Assembly: GCA_009779405.1 (NCBI GenBank)
Contig: WREI01000005.1
Span: 2,166-66,165 of the forward strand
From: Clostridiales bacterium
GTDB taxonomy: Bacteria; Bacillota; Clostridia; Christensenellales; CAG-138
DNA length: 64,000 bases
Direction of reading: 5' to 3'
Shown here: positions 35,488-44,417 of the stretch, piece after piece
Layout of the letters: each line of letters opens with the position of its first letter
How positions within the stretch are numbered: the first letter of the stretch is position 1
The notes under the pieces: model-generated
The model's input: only the letters and a program-made list of their open reading frames with translations
Databases searched by the model: none
Told to the model about the DNA's origin: nothing
Position numbers and translations under genes: made by a program

Positions 35488-35955
35488 ATGATTCTGCAAG
35501 CAACCCAACAAGACCTCCCCGAACTCATGGCTCTGTACCGGAGCCTGATTGGCACGCCCGGCTGCATCTGGAGCACGGAATATCCCTTTTTGGAGTTGGC
35601 GGAGGAGGATGTGGAGCGGGGCTATGTCTTTGTGATGCGGATGGGCGGCAGGCTGATCGCGACCATCACCGTGGAGACGCCGGAGGATATCGCCGACTTG
35701 GACTGGACGTCCAAGCGCCCCTGCGAACTGGCGCGCTTAGGCGTGGCGCAGGAATATCAGGGACAGGGCCTTGGCGCAACGATGCTGCAATTTGCCCTGT
35801 ACAAAGCAATGGAACGCGGCCACGACGGCGCGATCCTGTTGGTAAACCCCGCGCACGAAGCCGCCGTTGCCCTGTACAGAAAGCATGGATTTGCGCGTTG
35901 CGGGGATCTATTTATGTATGAAAGAAATTGGGATAGGTATGAGCTGTGTTTTTAA
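35488..35955 (+). CDS. GNAT-family N-acetyltransferase
   Basis: RLGVAQEYQGQGLGATML acetyl-CoA-binding motif. Confidence 0.75.
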   Translation: MILQATQQDLPELMALYRSLIGTPGCIWSTEYPFLELAEEDVERGYVFVMRMGGRLIATITVETPEDIADLDWTSKRPCELARLGVAQEYQGQGLGATMLQFALYKAMERGHDGAILLVNPAHEAAVALYRKHGFARCGDLFMYERNWDRYELCF

Positions 35956-36067
35956 GTGGAAAGAAGAAAGTGAAGGTAAAAAATGCTGCGCATTTTTGAT
36001 TGAAATTTTATGTCCATATTCCCCCGCCCACTCTAACTTTCCTCTTTCCACTTTCAACTTTCCACTT
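35956..36067 (-). repeat. composite palindromic element, family B, core reverse
   Basis: L arm GTGGAAAGAAGAAAGTGAAGG; GGTA plus hairpin AAAAATGCTGCGCATTTTT 35979-35997; core is the reverse complement of GTTAGAGTGGGCGGGGGAATATGGACATAAAATTTC; R arm reaches 36067 and covers the WYL gene stop. Confidence 0.85.
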
Positions 36068-37058
36068 CAGCTTGCGCTTCCAACGCAAGCCGCAGTCTCT
36101 CTCGCCATTCCTCCGCCACCCCCTCCGGCTCCAAAATCACCACCTCGCCGCTCAGGCCGAATAGCCAGCCGTAGAACTGGGGACTGACGGCGGCGCGTAT
36201 GTGGGCGCGGCAAAACCCGCCCTCCTTCGCTTCCACGCAGAGCGCGTCGCCGAAACGGTCGGCAAAGACGGGCAGCAGCGCGCTGTCAAAGCGCAGAAGT
36301 ATGTTTTCCTCCCGTCCCGAATACATGGAAAAGCAGGCGTCCACATATTTGGCCAAATCCAGCTCGGCAAACTCGTCCTTGCCTTGCCGCTCGCTGCCCT
36401 CACAGAGCTGAATATGCTCCATTTTATCCACGCGGTAATGCTTGAATATACCCTCCGCCGCCACATAGGCCAGCAGGTAATAATTGTCCTGCGCGCAGAT
36501 GAGGGCGTAGGGACTGACGCAATAGCGCTCGCCGCGGCGTCGATAGACCTTTTTCGCGCGGGCGCGGTAGCTGAGATAGCGGAAGCTGATATCGGCGTCG
36601 GTGCCGATGGCAGCATGAATCTTGTCCACCGATACAAAGATGCTTTCGTCCATGTTGCGCACGCGGCCCGAGACATAGAGCTCGCGCTGCAAGCGCTTTG
36701 CGTCGTGCTCGCTGCACAGGCAGGAGAGCTTTTCGATCAGCTCGGCCGCCTTCTTCTCGGTGAGAAAGCGCGCCGCCTGCACGCCGTCTATCAGCATCTT
36801 CAGCTCCGCAAGTTCAAAATCCCGCTGCCCGAGGTAGTAGCGCGTGGTGCCGCCACTGCGCAGGCTGCAAATATCGAGCCCGTGCGCGCGCAGTACGGCA
36901 AAATCTTTATACAAACTCTTGCGCTCGGCATTAAAGCCCGCCGTTTGCAGGCGCAACAACAACTCCTCCATGCGAAGCGCGTGCGCGGCATCCGTTTCAC
37001 GCAGGAAGATTTCGCGCAGTAATAATAGTTTTTCTCTGCCGATGCTGCCTTTGGACAT
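36054..37058 (-). CDS. HTH-WYL-WCX-type transcriptional regulator
   Basis: N-terminal wHTH; YYLLAYVAAEGIFKHYRVDKM WYL motif; 334 aa. Confidence 0.75.
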   Translation of the reverse strand: MSKGSIGREKLLLLREIFLRETDAAHALRMEELLLRLQTAGFNAERKSLYKDFAVLRAHGLDICSLRSGGTTRYYLGQRDFELAELKMLIDGVQAARFLTEKKAAELIEKLSCLCSEHDAKRLQRELYVSGRVRNMDESIFVSVDKIHAAIGTDADISFRYLSYRARAKKVYRRRGERYCVSPYALICAQDNYYLLAYVAAEGIFKHYRVDKMEHIQLCEGSERQGKDEFAELDLAKYVDACFSMYSGREENILLRFDSALLPVFADRFGDALCVEAKEGGFCRAHIRAAVSPQFYGWLFGLSGEVVILEPEGVAEEWRERLRLALEAQAEVES

Positions 37059-37073
37059 GAAAGGAACCCCCCT

Positions 37074-37562
37074 TTATATCAACCCGGAAAGATCGAGAAA
37101 ATGCCGCGACGCATTGTTCGGCTCATAATACACGGGTAGTTTCTGGTCGCTGCGCGAAAGATAGGGCCGGGGGTCTATCTGACATTTGCTCTCGCCGCGA
37201 TGCGAGGTGTCCGTTTCGGGATCCTTCCAGTAGTAAGAAATCTCGTAATACTCATGGGTGGTGAAACTGTCGGAATAGCGATATTTGCACTTGGTCACTT
37301 CCGTTACGGTCGCCATCGCGCGCGCACCGCTTTTACGCAGGCTTTTTTGCCGCGCGCTTTTGGCCAATGCAAAAACGAAGATTCCAATACCAAGAGAAGA
37401 AAACATAGCCCCCAGAATCATGGAAATATGCACATCCGATGATGTACAGTTCATCTCCCCACTCTGTATGGCGGATGAGAGCGCGAGGTTCAGCCCTACG
37501 ATTGCCAAGCCAAAGATGAGTATGACAATGCCCACGCCGAGGCCGCTATTTTTCTGATTCAT
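37074..37562 (-). CDS. DUF3592-like membrane protein (two TM plus beta-rich domain)
   Basis: Two hydrophobic segments, then ATVTEVTKCKYRYSD..YYEISYYW..LPVYYEP as in DUF3592; visibly lower GC than neighbours. Confidence 0.6.
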   Translation of the reverse strand: MNQKNSGLGVGIVILIFGLAIVGLNLALSSAIQSGEMNCTSSDVHISMILGAMFSSLGIGIFVFALAKSARQKSLRKSGARAMATVTEVTKCKYRYSDSFTTHEYYEISYYWKDPETDTSHRGESKCQIDPRPYLSRSDQKLPVYYEPNNASRHFLDLSGLI

Positions 37563-37584
37563 AATACCTCTCTCCTGACTCGTT

Positions 37585-38631
37585 CTATTTCGTTGCCGCC
37601 GCGCTCAGATCCAAGCCCGCCAGATCCCCCGCCATCAGGTGAAAATAACCCTGCGCGGCGATCATGGCGGCATTGTCCGTGCGATAGGGCGCGGCGGGGG
37701 CAAAGAAGCGCACGCGCCGCTTGGCGCATTCGCGCGTCAGCAACTCCCGCAGATGCCCGTTCGCGCATACGCCCCCCGCCAGACAGAGCGTATCGCCCTC
37801 CCTACAGTGCAGCAGAGCTTTATGTGTGAGGGTTTTGTTGATGGCCTGCTGAAAGCTTGCGGCTATATCGGGCAGAAACAATTCCTCCCCGCGCGCCCTT
37901 GCGTTGGCAATCAGGTTCACCAGCGCGGTCTTTATCCCCGAAAAACTCATATCGGGGTCGTCGCTCTCATTCAGCGTGGAGTGAAAGGGATACTTGTTCG
38001 GATCGCCGCCCCGCGCCAGCTTTTCGAGTTCCGGCCCGCCGGGGTAGGGCAGTCCCAGCGCGCGCGCGGCCTTGTCATAGGCTTCGCCCGCCGCGTCGTC
38101 GCGGGTTTGGCCCAAAAGGGAGTAACTGTCATAGCTGTCAACGCGGAGCACATGGCTATGCCCACCGCTGGCGACCAGAGAGACAAAGGGCGGTTCCAAC
38201 GCGGGATGGCTGATATAGTTCGCGGCGATATGGCCGTGGATATGGTCCACGCCCAAAAGCGGCAGGCCCCCCGCCAGTGCCAGCGCCTTTGCATAGCAAA
38301 CGCCCACCAGCAGCGCCCCCACCAATCCGGGGCGGCAGGTGACGGCAATCGCGTCCAAATCCTCCTTGCGCAAGCCCGCCGCGTCCAAGGCCTCGCGCAC
38401 CACAATCCCGATCTGATCCGCATGGTTGCGGCTGGCCAATTCCGGCACCACGCCGCCATACTGCCGATGCAGCGGTATCTGCGTATAGATCACATTGGAC
38501 AGCACAACACACCCGCCCTGCACCACAGCGGCGGCAGTCTCATCGCAGGAAGTCTCGATGCCGAGGACATATGCCTGCTTCTTCAAGGGCAAGCTCTCGG
38601 CCTTTTTTCGGGCGGTTTCGTTATAACGCAT
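37585..38631 (-). CDS. tsaD: tRNA N6-adenosine threonylcarbamoyltransferase
   Basis: VLGIETSCDETAAAVV; GHIHGHIAAN metal-binding motif. Confidence 0.95.
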   Translation of the reverse strand: MRYNETARKKAESLPLKKQAYVLGIETSCDETAAAVVQGGCVVLSNVIYTQIPLHRQYGGVVPELASRNHADQIGIVVREALDAAGLRKEDLDAIAVTCRPGLVGALLVGVCYAKALALAGGLPLLGVDHIHGHIAANYISHPALEPPFVSLVASGGHSHVLRVDSYDSYSLLGQTRDDAAGEAYDKAARALGLPYPGGPELEKLARGGDPNKYPFHSTLNESDDPDMSFSGIKTALVNLIANARARGEELFLPDIAASFQQAINKTLTHKALLHCREGDTLCLAGGVCANGHLRELLTRECAKRRVRFFAPAAPYRTDNAAMIAAQGYFHLMAGDLAGLDLSAAATK

Positions 38632-38639
38632 GATTCGCT

Positions 38640-38701
38640 AAGTAATAAGTAATAATGCAGAATGCAGAGAGGGGAATATTTTCTCTGCATTCTGCATTAT
38701 T
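38640..38701. repeat. composite palindromic element, family C (compact)
   Basis: L arm AAGTAATAAGTAATAATGCAGAATGCAGAGAG; R arm CTCTGCATTCTGCATTATT contains the stop of 38697-39605. Confidence 0.85.
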
Positions 38702-39605
38702 CCCTATCCTCTCTCCCAAACTCCTCCACATCCCCGCGAATCTCCGCCTCCCACTGCGCGGTCTCGGCGAGCTCGTTGCGCTTGCTCAAGGGGGTGTTCA
38801 TCTTGCGGTGCAGGGACAGGAGGTCGGGCGCGTCTTCAACCGTGATCGCCGCCAGCGGGTCGCGGTTCGCTCTGGCGGCGATGGCGCGCTTTTCCGTCCG
38901 GCGTTCGATAACGCGCAGGGCGATGATCCCGGTCAGCGAGAGCAGGGGGAGCGGCGCAAGCAACGCGGCGCCATAGATGCCTATACGCGTCACATAGGCG
39001 GAGAAAAACTCCTGCGGCAGCATTTCGATCATATTCGTCCCGGCGGGCAGCAGCCAGTTGGTGGAGTTCGGAAACGCGACTTGATGGAAAAAGGTCCAGA
39101 ACCCGTCGAAGTCCGCGACCGCCCAGATGCCGACGAAGGCCGCAATCACCCCAAAGAGCATATAGGCATAGCATATGGCCGCGCCGCAGGTCGGAATCAG
39201 CTGCCGCCGCTGGAGGACGATGCCCAACAGAAAGAGGAAGATGGCGCCGATGGCGGCAAAGTTGCGCAGGGCGGCGATGCGCTGCCAAAGGTTGCGCACC
39301 TCCCGCATATGCACCTTCTCAATGGTGGAGGGGAACATCTCGGTCTTGAGCATGCCCTTATAGCCCTCGTAATAGATATCGTTCACATCGCCGCGCATAT
39401 AGTCCAAGAGCCGTTGCGTCGCGCCCACGACGTCGGGCAGGCGGGAGTTGAGACTCTCACTCGCATAGCTCTTGATCTCCGCGTGGGTCTGCTCCAAAAA
39501 GGGCCGATCCCGCATCGTAAGATCCACCGCCGTGACAATCAGGCAGGCGATCAGCAGCAGCGTGGCAAGGGACATCAGAGGTATGGTAAAAGCTTTTCTT
39601 TTCAT
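38697..39605 (-). CDS. TIGR01906/DUF1461 integral membrane protein (Lit-like)
   Basis: TM topology and the FFHQVAFPN..W motif recalled from DUF1461. Confidence 0.65.
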   Translation of the reverse strand: MKRKAFTIPLMSLATLLLIACLIVTAVDLTMRDRPFLEQTHAEIKSYASESLNSRLPDVVGATQRLLDYMRGDVNDIYYEGYKGMLKTEMFPSTIEKVHMREVRNLWQRIAALRNFAAIGAIFLFLLGIVLQRRQLIPTCGAAICYAYMLFGVIAAFVGIWAVADFDGFWTFFHQVAFPNSTNWLLPAGTNMIEMLPQEFFSAYVTRIGIYGAALLAPLPLLSLTGIIALRVIERRTEKRAIAARANRDPLAAITVEDAPDLLSLHRKMNTPLSKRNELAETAQWEAEIRGDVEEFGREDRE

Positions 39606-39644
39606 GCGAGTATTATAGTGGATGGGTTCCCCTATTGCAAGCGG

Positions 39645-39706
39645 GAGAGAGGAAAGTTAAGGCATTTCCATGTTCTCCGCCTACTCTATCTTTCCACTTT
39701 CAACTC
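39645..39706 (-). repeat. composite palindromic element, family B (short), core reverse
   Basis: GAGAGAGGAAAGTTAAGGCATTTCCATGTTCTCCGCCTACTCTATCTTTCCACTTTCAACTC; core is the reverse complement of GATAGAGTAGGCGGAGAACATGGAAATGCC. Confidence 0.75.
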
Positions 39707-40950
39707 AACGGCGTATACCCTGTCTTCTCCACCAAATACTGTCCCTGTTCGGACAATATCCATTCCAGCAGCAGCGCTATATTCTCGGCGCATTCGCTCT
39801 CTCGCCCCACGACCGTCAACGCATAAAAGTGCGCGACCAGCGGATAATTTTCGTCTGAGGGCGAGAAGCCGTCCACCGAGAGCATCTTGATCTTGCCGCC
39901 TTGGATCATCTCGGTCATGTAATAGCGGAACGAATAGCCTATGGCGTTCTTGTAGTTTTTGTAACTCACGACCTCGGCGAAACCGCCCATTGTGGAATAG
40001 ATATCCTCCTTATTCGGGCGCATCACGGGTGTTTCGCCCATCATCTTGCGCAGCGCGATTTGGCTGCCCGATTCCTCGTTGCGCTGGAAGGCGTGAATCT
40101 CCCAGTTCCGCCCGCCCACGACGCGCCAGTCGGTGATCTCCCCCGAATAGATGCCCTTGATTTGCGCGAGGGACAGGTTCTCCACCGGGTTGCGCCCGTT
40201 GACAAAGAAGACGAAGGACTCCCGGCCTATGGGCGTCAGTTGCAGGGTGACGCCCGCTTCCTCCGCAGCTGCAAGCATCGCGGGGGACAGATCCATCAGG
40301 AAGACGATATCTGCAGCGCCCGCCAACAAATTCTTGAACGCTTGATCCGTGCGCGTACAGTCCACCAACGGGAAGGGCTTTTCGCGCAGATTGTAGTTGT
40401 CTATCTGCTTGGGATACACCGCCTGCGCAAACGCCGCATACAGCGGATAGAGCGCGGTTGCGCCGTCCAATCTCGGCAGCGCGGCATCGTGCGCAAACTG
40501 CAAGTCCGCCGCTTCGGACAGGGTCGCCAAGCGGTTGTGTTCGGCAAAGGGCTCATATTCGGACAGCGCTATCTGCTCCGCCGCGACACCCGAAACGGCA
40601 TTCTCATAGGCCTGTACGCCGATAATCGCGCCGAGCGAAAGAATAAACAATACCGCAAACGCAATAGCCGGAGACAATTTCAGCTTTGCGCGGAAGGGCT
40701 TCCAGATAAAGAGCAGAGTGGCCGCCAGCGCGAGGACGGCGGGCAGATTGAGCAGCCAGGTCGGCCCGTTATAGGCAGAGCTAAACCCAATTGCAAGCAG
40801 GGAAATAAACCAAATAATAGTTATGCCGAAACACGCAAGCACCGTGCCCGTAATCTTGGCAAGCAGCCGCTTGCGCAGGCAGAGCGCGACAATCATTGCT
40901 ATCATCGCGTTGAACGGTATGCTCAGAATGAACAAGAATAATAGATCCAT
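39700..40950 (-). CDS. PstS-family substrate-binding domain protein with N-terminal multi-TM region
   Basis: LDGATALYPLYAAFAQAVY and GYSFRYY fit PBP-like-2 proteins; 4-5 N-terminal hydrophobic helices. Confidence 0.65.
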   Translation of the reverse strand: MDLLFLFILSIPFNAMIAMIVALCLRKRLLAKITGTVLACFGITIIWFISLLAIGFSSAYNGPTWLLNLPAVLALAATLLFIWKPFRAKLKLSPAIAFAVLFILSLGAIIGVQAYENAVSGVAAEQIALSEYEPFAEHNRLATLSEAADLQFAHDAALPRLDGATALYPLYAAFAQAVYPKQIDNYNLREKPFPLVDCTRTDQAFKNLLAGAADIVFLMDLSPAMLAAAEEAGVTLQLTPIGRESFVFFVNGRNPVENLSLAQIKGIYSGEITDWRVVGGRNWEIHAFQRNEESGSQIALRKMMGETPVMRPNKEDIYSTMGGFAEVVSYKNYKNAIGYSFRYYMTEMIQGGKIKMLSVDGFSPSDENYPLVAHFYALTVVGRESECAENIALLLEWILSEQGQYLVEKTGYTPLS

Positions 40951-40959
40951 TTAATTTTC

Positions 40960-41442
40960 CTACCAATTGATTTTCTTTGTATGTCCCCAATGGTTCCCGA
41001 TATGCCCGATGCCGAAGACAACAGCGGATACTATCATCCAAATCACCCGCCCGTAAATGCCGAGCAGCACAAACGCCAAAACAGGCAGGGCCGCGCCCGG
41101 CACGGGGACGCCAAGCAGCGGACGGTAGAAGTCCCGCAGGGTCCGCGGGCTTCCGAAATAGCGTATCCAATACACTATATACAAGCCCATCAAGGCCGCC
41201 GAGATAAACAGCCAGACAAGCCACAAATCAAGCGCGCGCGGATTGTAATCGCTGAAAATCAAAAGGGAAGCGGTACAGAGCGCTTGTCCTACGCGCTCGA
41301 ATATGCGCAGAATCTTATTCTCTCCCGACGAATCATAACCCTCCGGTCTGCGCCGCGCCCAAAGTATGCCCGGAACAATCAGCAGCAGCAGATAGAGCAG
41401 GCCGATGTAGGAGAAGCCAACGTTGCCGAGCCAACGCGTCAT
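40960..41442 (-). CDS. hypothetical integral membrane protein
   Basis: Start MTRWLGNVGF chosen inside ORF 40960-41649; four hydrophobic helices; overlaps the upstream stop by 4 nt. Confidence 0.5.
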   Translation of the reverse strand: MTRWLGNVGFSYIGLLYLLLLIVPGILWARRRPEGYDSSGENKILRIFERVGQALCTASLLIFSDYNPRALDLWLVWLFISAALMGLYIVYWIRYFGSPRTLRDFYRPLLGVPVPGAALPVLAFVLLGIYGRVIWMIVSAVVFGIGHIGNHWGHTKKINW

Positions 41443-41798
41443 GTTCGCCTTCCCCCTGTTCCCTTCCCCCTGTCTCCTGTCAACGCATAACTCCGCCGCA
41501 CCATGCGCAACAACTGCTCCTCCGGCACATCGCCGTCCACGGCGACGCCGTTCCAGTGCGTCTTGTTCATATGATAGGCGGGCGTGACGTCCGCAAACAG
41601 ATTGCGCAAAAAATCGGCTTCCATGGGCTCGCATTTGAGGTTGACGCAAACCCGGCCGCCGCGCTCATAAATATGCGCAAAGCCCTTACGGCTCCCGCGG
41701 TGGCGCATCACGCACCAGGACTCGCCGTCGCCAAACGGATAGTCCTCATATGCGCCCGGCAGGGCCAGGCAGTGGTTCTTTAGTTCCCGGGCGGTCAT
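41439..41798 (-). CDS. MmcQ/YjbR-family DNA-binding protein
   Basis: MTARELKNHCLALPGAYEDYPFG...HMNKTHWNGV is typical of the YjbR family. Confidence 0.7.
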   Translation of the reverse strand: MTARELKNHCLALPGAYEDYPFGDGESWCVMRHRGSRKGFAHIYERGGRVCVNLKCEPMEADFLRNLFADVTPAYHMNKTHWNGVAVDGDVPEEQLLRMVRRSYALTGDRGKGTGGRRT

Positions 41799-41912
41799 GG
41801 GGTTATAGAAGATTGTTCCATAGGAGCACCTCCGATATGAACTATACAGGAAACGGGTGCGGATTGCAATCCCGGTATGGTGCAAAGCGTTAAAAGGGGA
41901 GCGGGGGCAGGG

Positions 41913-42017
41913 CAATGCGTCAATGTGCAACGCACAATGTTCAATATGGTGGGAATGTATAAACCCACAAAATAAAGAGAGATGCCGGGGGCATCTCAAG
42001 CTTCATTGCACATTGCC
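41913..42017. repeat. composite palindromic element, family D
   Basis: L arm CAATGCGTCAATGTGCAACGCACAATGTTCAAT; hairpins 41949-41968 and GAGATGCCGGGGGCATCTC 41979-41997; short R arm CATTGCACATTGCC 42004-42017. Confidence 0.75.
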
Positions 42018-42048
42018 GTTTGGGCGCTTTCCGAGATATATACCCCTT

Positions 42049-42720
42049 TCATACACCCTTCCTTTCACAACTTTCCCCCAGCGGGCAATCCCCGCAGAGC
42101 GGCCTTTTACGGCAGTGGGTCTTGGCGTGGATCACAATCAGCGCGTGGAATTGGTTGTACAGGGCAGCATCCACAGGGAGACGTTCGGTGAAATAAGCTT
42201 GGATCGCGTCATAACCATTGCCCGCGGGAAGGGACAGGCGCGCGCATAGGCGGGAGGTATAGGCATCGACCACAAAGGAAGGGAACCCGAACGCATAGAG
42301 CAGGATGGAATCGGCGGTCTCCTTGCCTATGCCGCGTGTGGCCAAAAGCTCGGCACGCAGGCGGGGGAGGGGTTCGCGCCGGACGGTGGGCACATCAAAA
42401 TCATAGCGGGCGTACCACTGTGTCAGGGCTTTCAGGTAGGCCGCTTTTTGGTTGAAAAACCCGGCGGGGCGTATGATCTCGGCAAGCGCCGCCAGTTCCG
42501 CTTGCAACACAAACGCCGGGTTGAGCCGATCCCCGAAATTGGCAATTGCGCGCCCCACATTGCCCCAGGCCGTGTTTTGGGTCAACACCGCGCCAACCAT
42601 CATCTCATAAGGCGAATCCGCGGGCCACCAGTGCAGCTCGCCGTAGCGGGCGTGGAGGGCGTCATACAGGCAGCGTGTCGACAAAGTGCCTTTGTCGACA
42701 CGGTTCAACCGGATTTTCTT
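42049..42720 (-). CDS. endonuclease III-related HhH-GPD protein with a 4Fe-4S loop (start uncertain)
   Basis: GAVLTQNTAWGNV HhH-GPD motif; C-terminal CRKRPLCGDCPLGESC; no ATG near the expected N-terminus, candidate TTG starts around 42700-42720. Confidence 0.75.
   Translation of the reverse strand, partial: KKIRLNRVDKGTLSTRCLYDALHARYGELHWWPADSPYEMMVGAVLTQNTAWGNVGRAIANFGDRLNPAFVLQAELAALAEIIRPAGFFNQKAAYLKALTQWYARYDFDVPTVRREPLPRLRAELLATRGIGKETADSILLYAFGFPSFVVDAYTSRLCARLSLPAGNGYDAIQAYFTERLPVDAALYNQFHALIVIHAKTHCRKRPLCGDCPLGESCERKGV
42674..42702. promoter_or_regulatory. 13-bp perfect inverted repeat CGTGTCGACAAAG-TGC-CTTTGTCGACACG (two TGTCGACA cores); third core at 42829-42836
   Basis: Read directly; lies at or near the 5' end of the endonuclease III-like gene. 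Confidence 0.45.
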
Positions 42721-42869
42721 GTTTTGCTGCGCAAAACGGCCAGAAAATCCTTCAATGTGTGCGCTTAACGGGCGGATGAACCGCCCTTGCGCACGGATTG
42801 AAAGCTTCTGCCCGCTCACGCGGGACTTTGTCGACAATCCGGCGTCATACAAGTTCTGCGCGGCGTTGC

Positions 42870-43142
42870 TCACAGAAACCACCAAAGAAGGAAGGTGACG
42901 CCCAATTGCAGCAGGATAATCAGCGGAAGGCCGACCATAAATTTGGCGTGCTTGGTCTTGTGGCGTACAAGGCACATGGTAATCAGCATGGCGAGCGCCC
43001 CGCCCAGCAGGGAGATCGTCAGCAGGCTGCGCTCCGGCACGCGGCGTGCGTTGTGCTGCCGCGCGGCGCGCTTATCGTGCACGGTAATCACGATGGCGAT
43101 GGCGCTGAGGAGGGTGAGATAGGCAATTGCAATGTATGGCAT
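42870..43142 (-). CDS. DUF1294-like small membrane protein
   Basis: HDKRAARQHNARRVPERSLL..GGALAM motif recalled from DUF1294. Confidence 0.6.
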   Translation of the reverse strand: MPYIAIAYLTLLSAIAIVITVHDKRAARQHNARRVPERSLLTISLLGGALAMLITMCLVRHKTKHAKFMVGLPLIILLQLGVTFLLWWFL

Positions 43143-43152
43143 ATGTGGCTCC

Positions 43153-43917
43153 TTATTCTACACAGACAAAGGTAATGGGAACATCTTTATTTCTGCTTAA
43201 AGCAAACGCATCCGGCAGCTGATCCCTGTACAGCGGGTCATTGGTATAGAAGATATATGCGACGTCGGTCTCAGAATGAAACACGAGACAGTATATCTTG
43301 CTGCCCTCCAAAATCAAATCCACGCCCATGCCCGCGCCGCTGATAAAGCCGGAGTAAGTAAACATCTCTCTGTTGTCCCAGCCGGAACCATATTCCATCA
43401 CCCGCGTAATATACGCAAATTCCTCTTCGCCCAACAGCGCAACCATATTCGCGCGGATTTCCTCCGTGGGGAAGATATCATGGACTATGTTTGCGTTGGT
43501 ATACGCGGGTTCATCCTTCGTGTAAACACCGTCGGGTTCGACGTTCGTTCCGAAGCCAAGGGCCATCCAAACGCCCTCATACGAAACGATCAGATTCTCT
43601 CCGTCCAAGGTAAAGGTAAGCGTTCCTTCGTCCGTATGATCGGCAAAGTCCACTGCTATATGCCATTCCGCCCGATTGGGTGCGGTGAACAAAGCCACAC
43701 CATCCGTGCCACCGGTATGCGCCTCCCAAACCGCATCTATGCTGAACCGAAACTGCGTATCGGTTTGCTCTGTTATCTCAATCTGCGCGCGCATGCTCCG
43801 CTCCACATTTGTCCTCTGCCAAACTCCTGTGAAGTCTTCGTTTTTGGTCGGGCCAGCGCAGGCGGCGCAAAGTGCGGCGATGCACAGCACCAGAGTTATT
43901 GCAATGACTTTGCGCAT
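43153..43917 (-). CDS. hypothetical lipoprotein
   Basis: Lipobox LCAACAG after the signal peptide; no family recognised. Confidence 0.6.
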   Translation of the reverse strand: MRKVIAITLVLCIAALCAACAGPTKNEDFTGVWQRTNVERSMRAQIEITEQTDTQFRFSIDAVWEAHTGGTDGVALFTAPNRAEWHIAVDFADHTDEGTLTFTLDGENLIVSYEGVWMALGFGTNVEPDGVYTKDEPAYTNANIVHDIFPTEEIRANMVALLGEEEFAYITRVMEYGSGWDNREMFTYSGFISGAGMGVDLILEGSKIYCLVFHSETDVAYIFYTNDPLYRDQLPDAFALSRNKDVPITFVCVE

Positions 43918-43929
43918 AAACGATCTCCT

Positions 43930-44307
43930 TTACAAATCAATCTTTTTCCTGAAAATGAAATCCCCGTTATCTAAATCTGCAACGCCGGTGTTCACAAACC
44001 CGAGCCCCTGCCAAAATGGCGTCGCACTGTCCGTGGTGAGTTCGGCGAATTTCGCGCCGCGCGCCTTTTCGCGCGCTTCTATCAGTTCATACAGCAGTTT
44101 ACCATAACCCTGTCCGCGACAGGGCGGCTCCACGCAGAATTCCATGATAAAGAGCTTGCCGTCCTCCGTATAATAGTTGCAATACAGGGCAAAGCCAAGG
44201 GCGGATTGATGGGCGTCCAACAATTGCACGGCGCGGATGGGATTCTCGGCGCGGTCCATCAGCGTCTCGACCGTCGTTTGATATTCCTCCGAAAGCAGAT
44301 AGTCCAA
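43930..44307 (-). CDS. GNAT-family acetyltransferase, possibly N-terminally truncated (start unclear)
   Basis: CRGQGYGKLL motif; frame stays open upstream to ~44415 with no ATG/GTG/TTG before the TTG at 44307. Confidence 0.5.
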   Translation of the reverse strand: MDYLLSEEYQTTVETLMDRAENPIRAVQLLDAHQSALGFALYCNYYTEDGKLFIMEFCVEPPCRGQGYGKLLYELIEAREKARGAKFAELTTDSATPFWQGLGFVNTGVADLDNGDFIFRKKIDL

Positions 44308-44417
44308 AAACTCGGCGGGCAGACCATATAAGTCCTCCCGGAAATAGCGGCGCAGGCGCGCGAAGAACGCGCCGCGCCGATCGCGGGGGAGTTCGGCGAT
44401 ATGTGCGGTTGCGGCTA

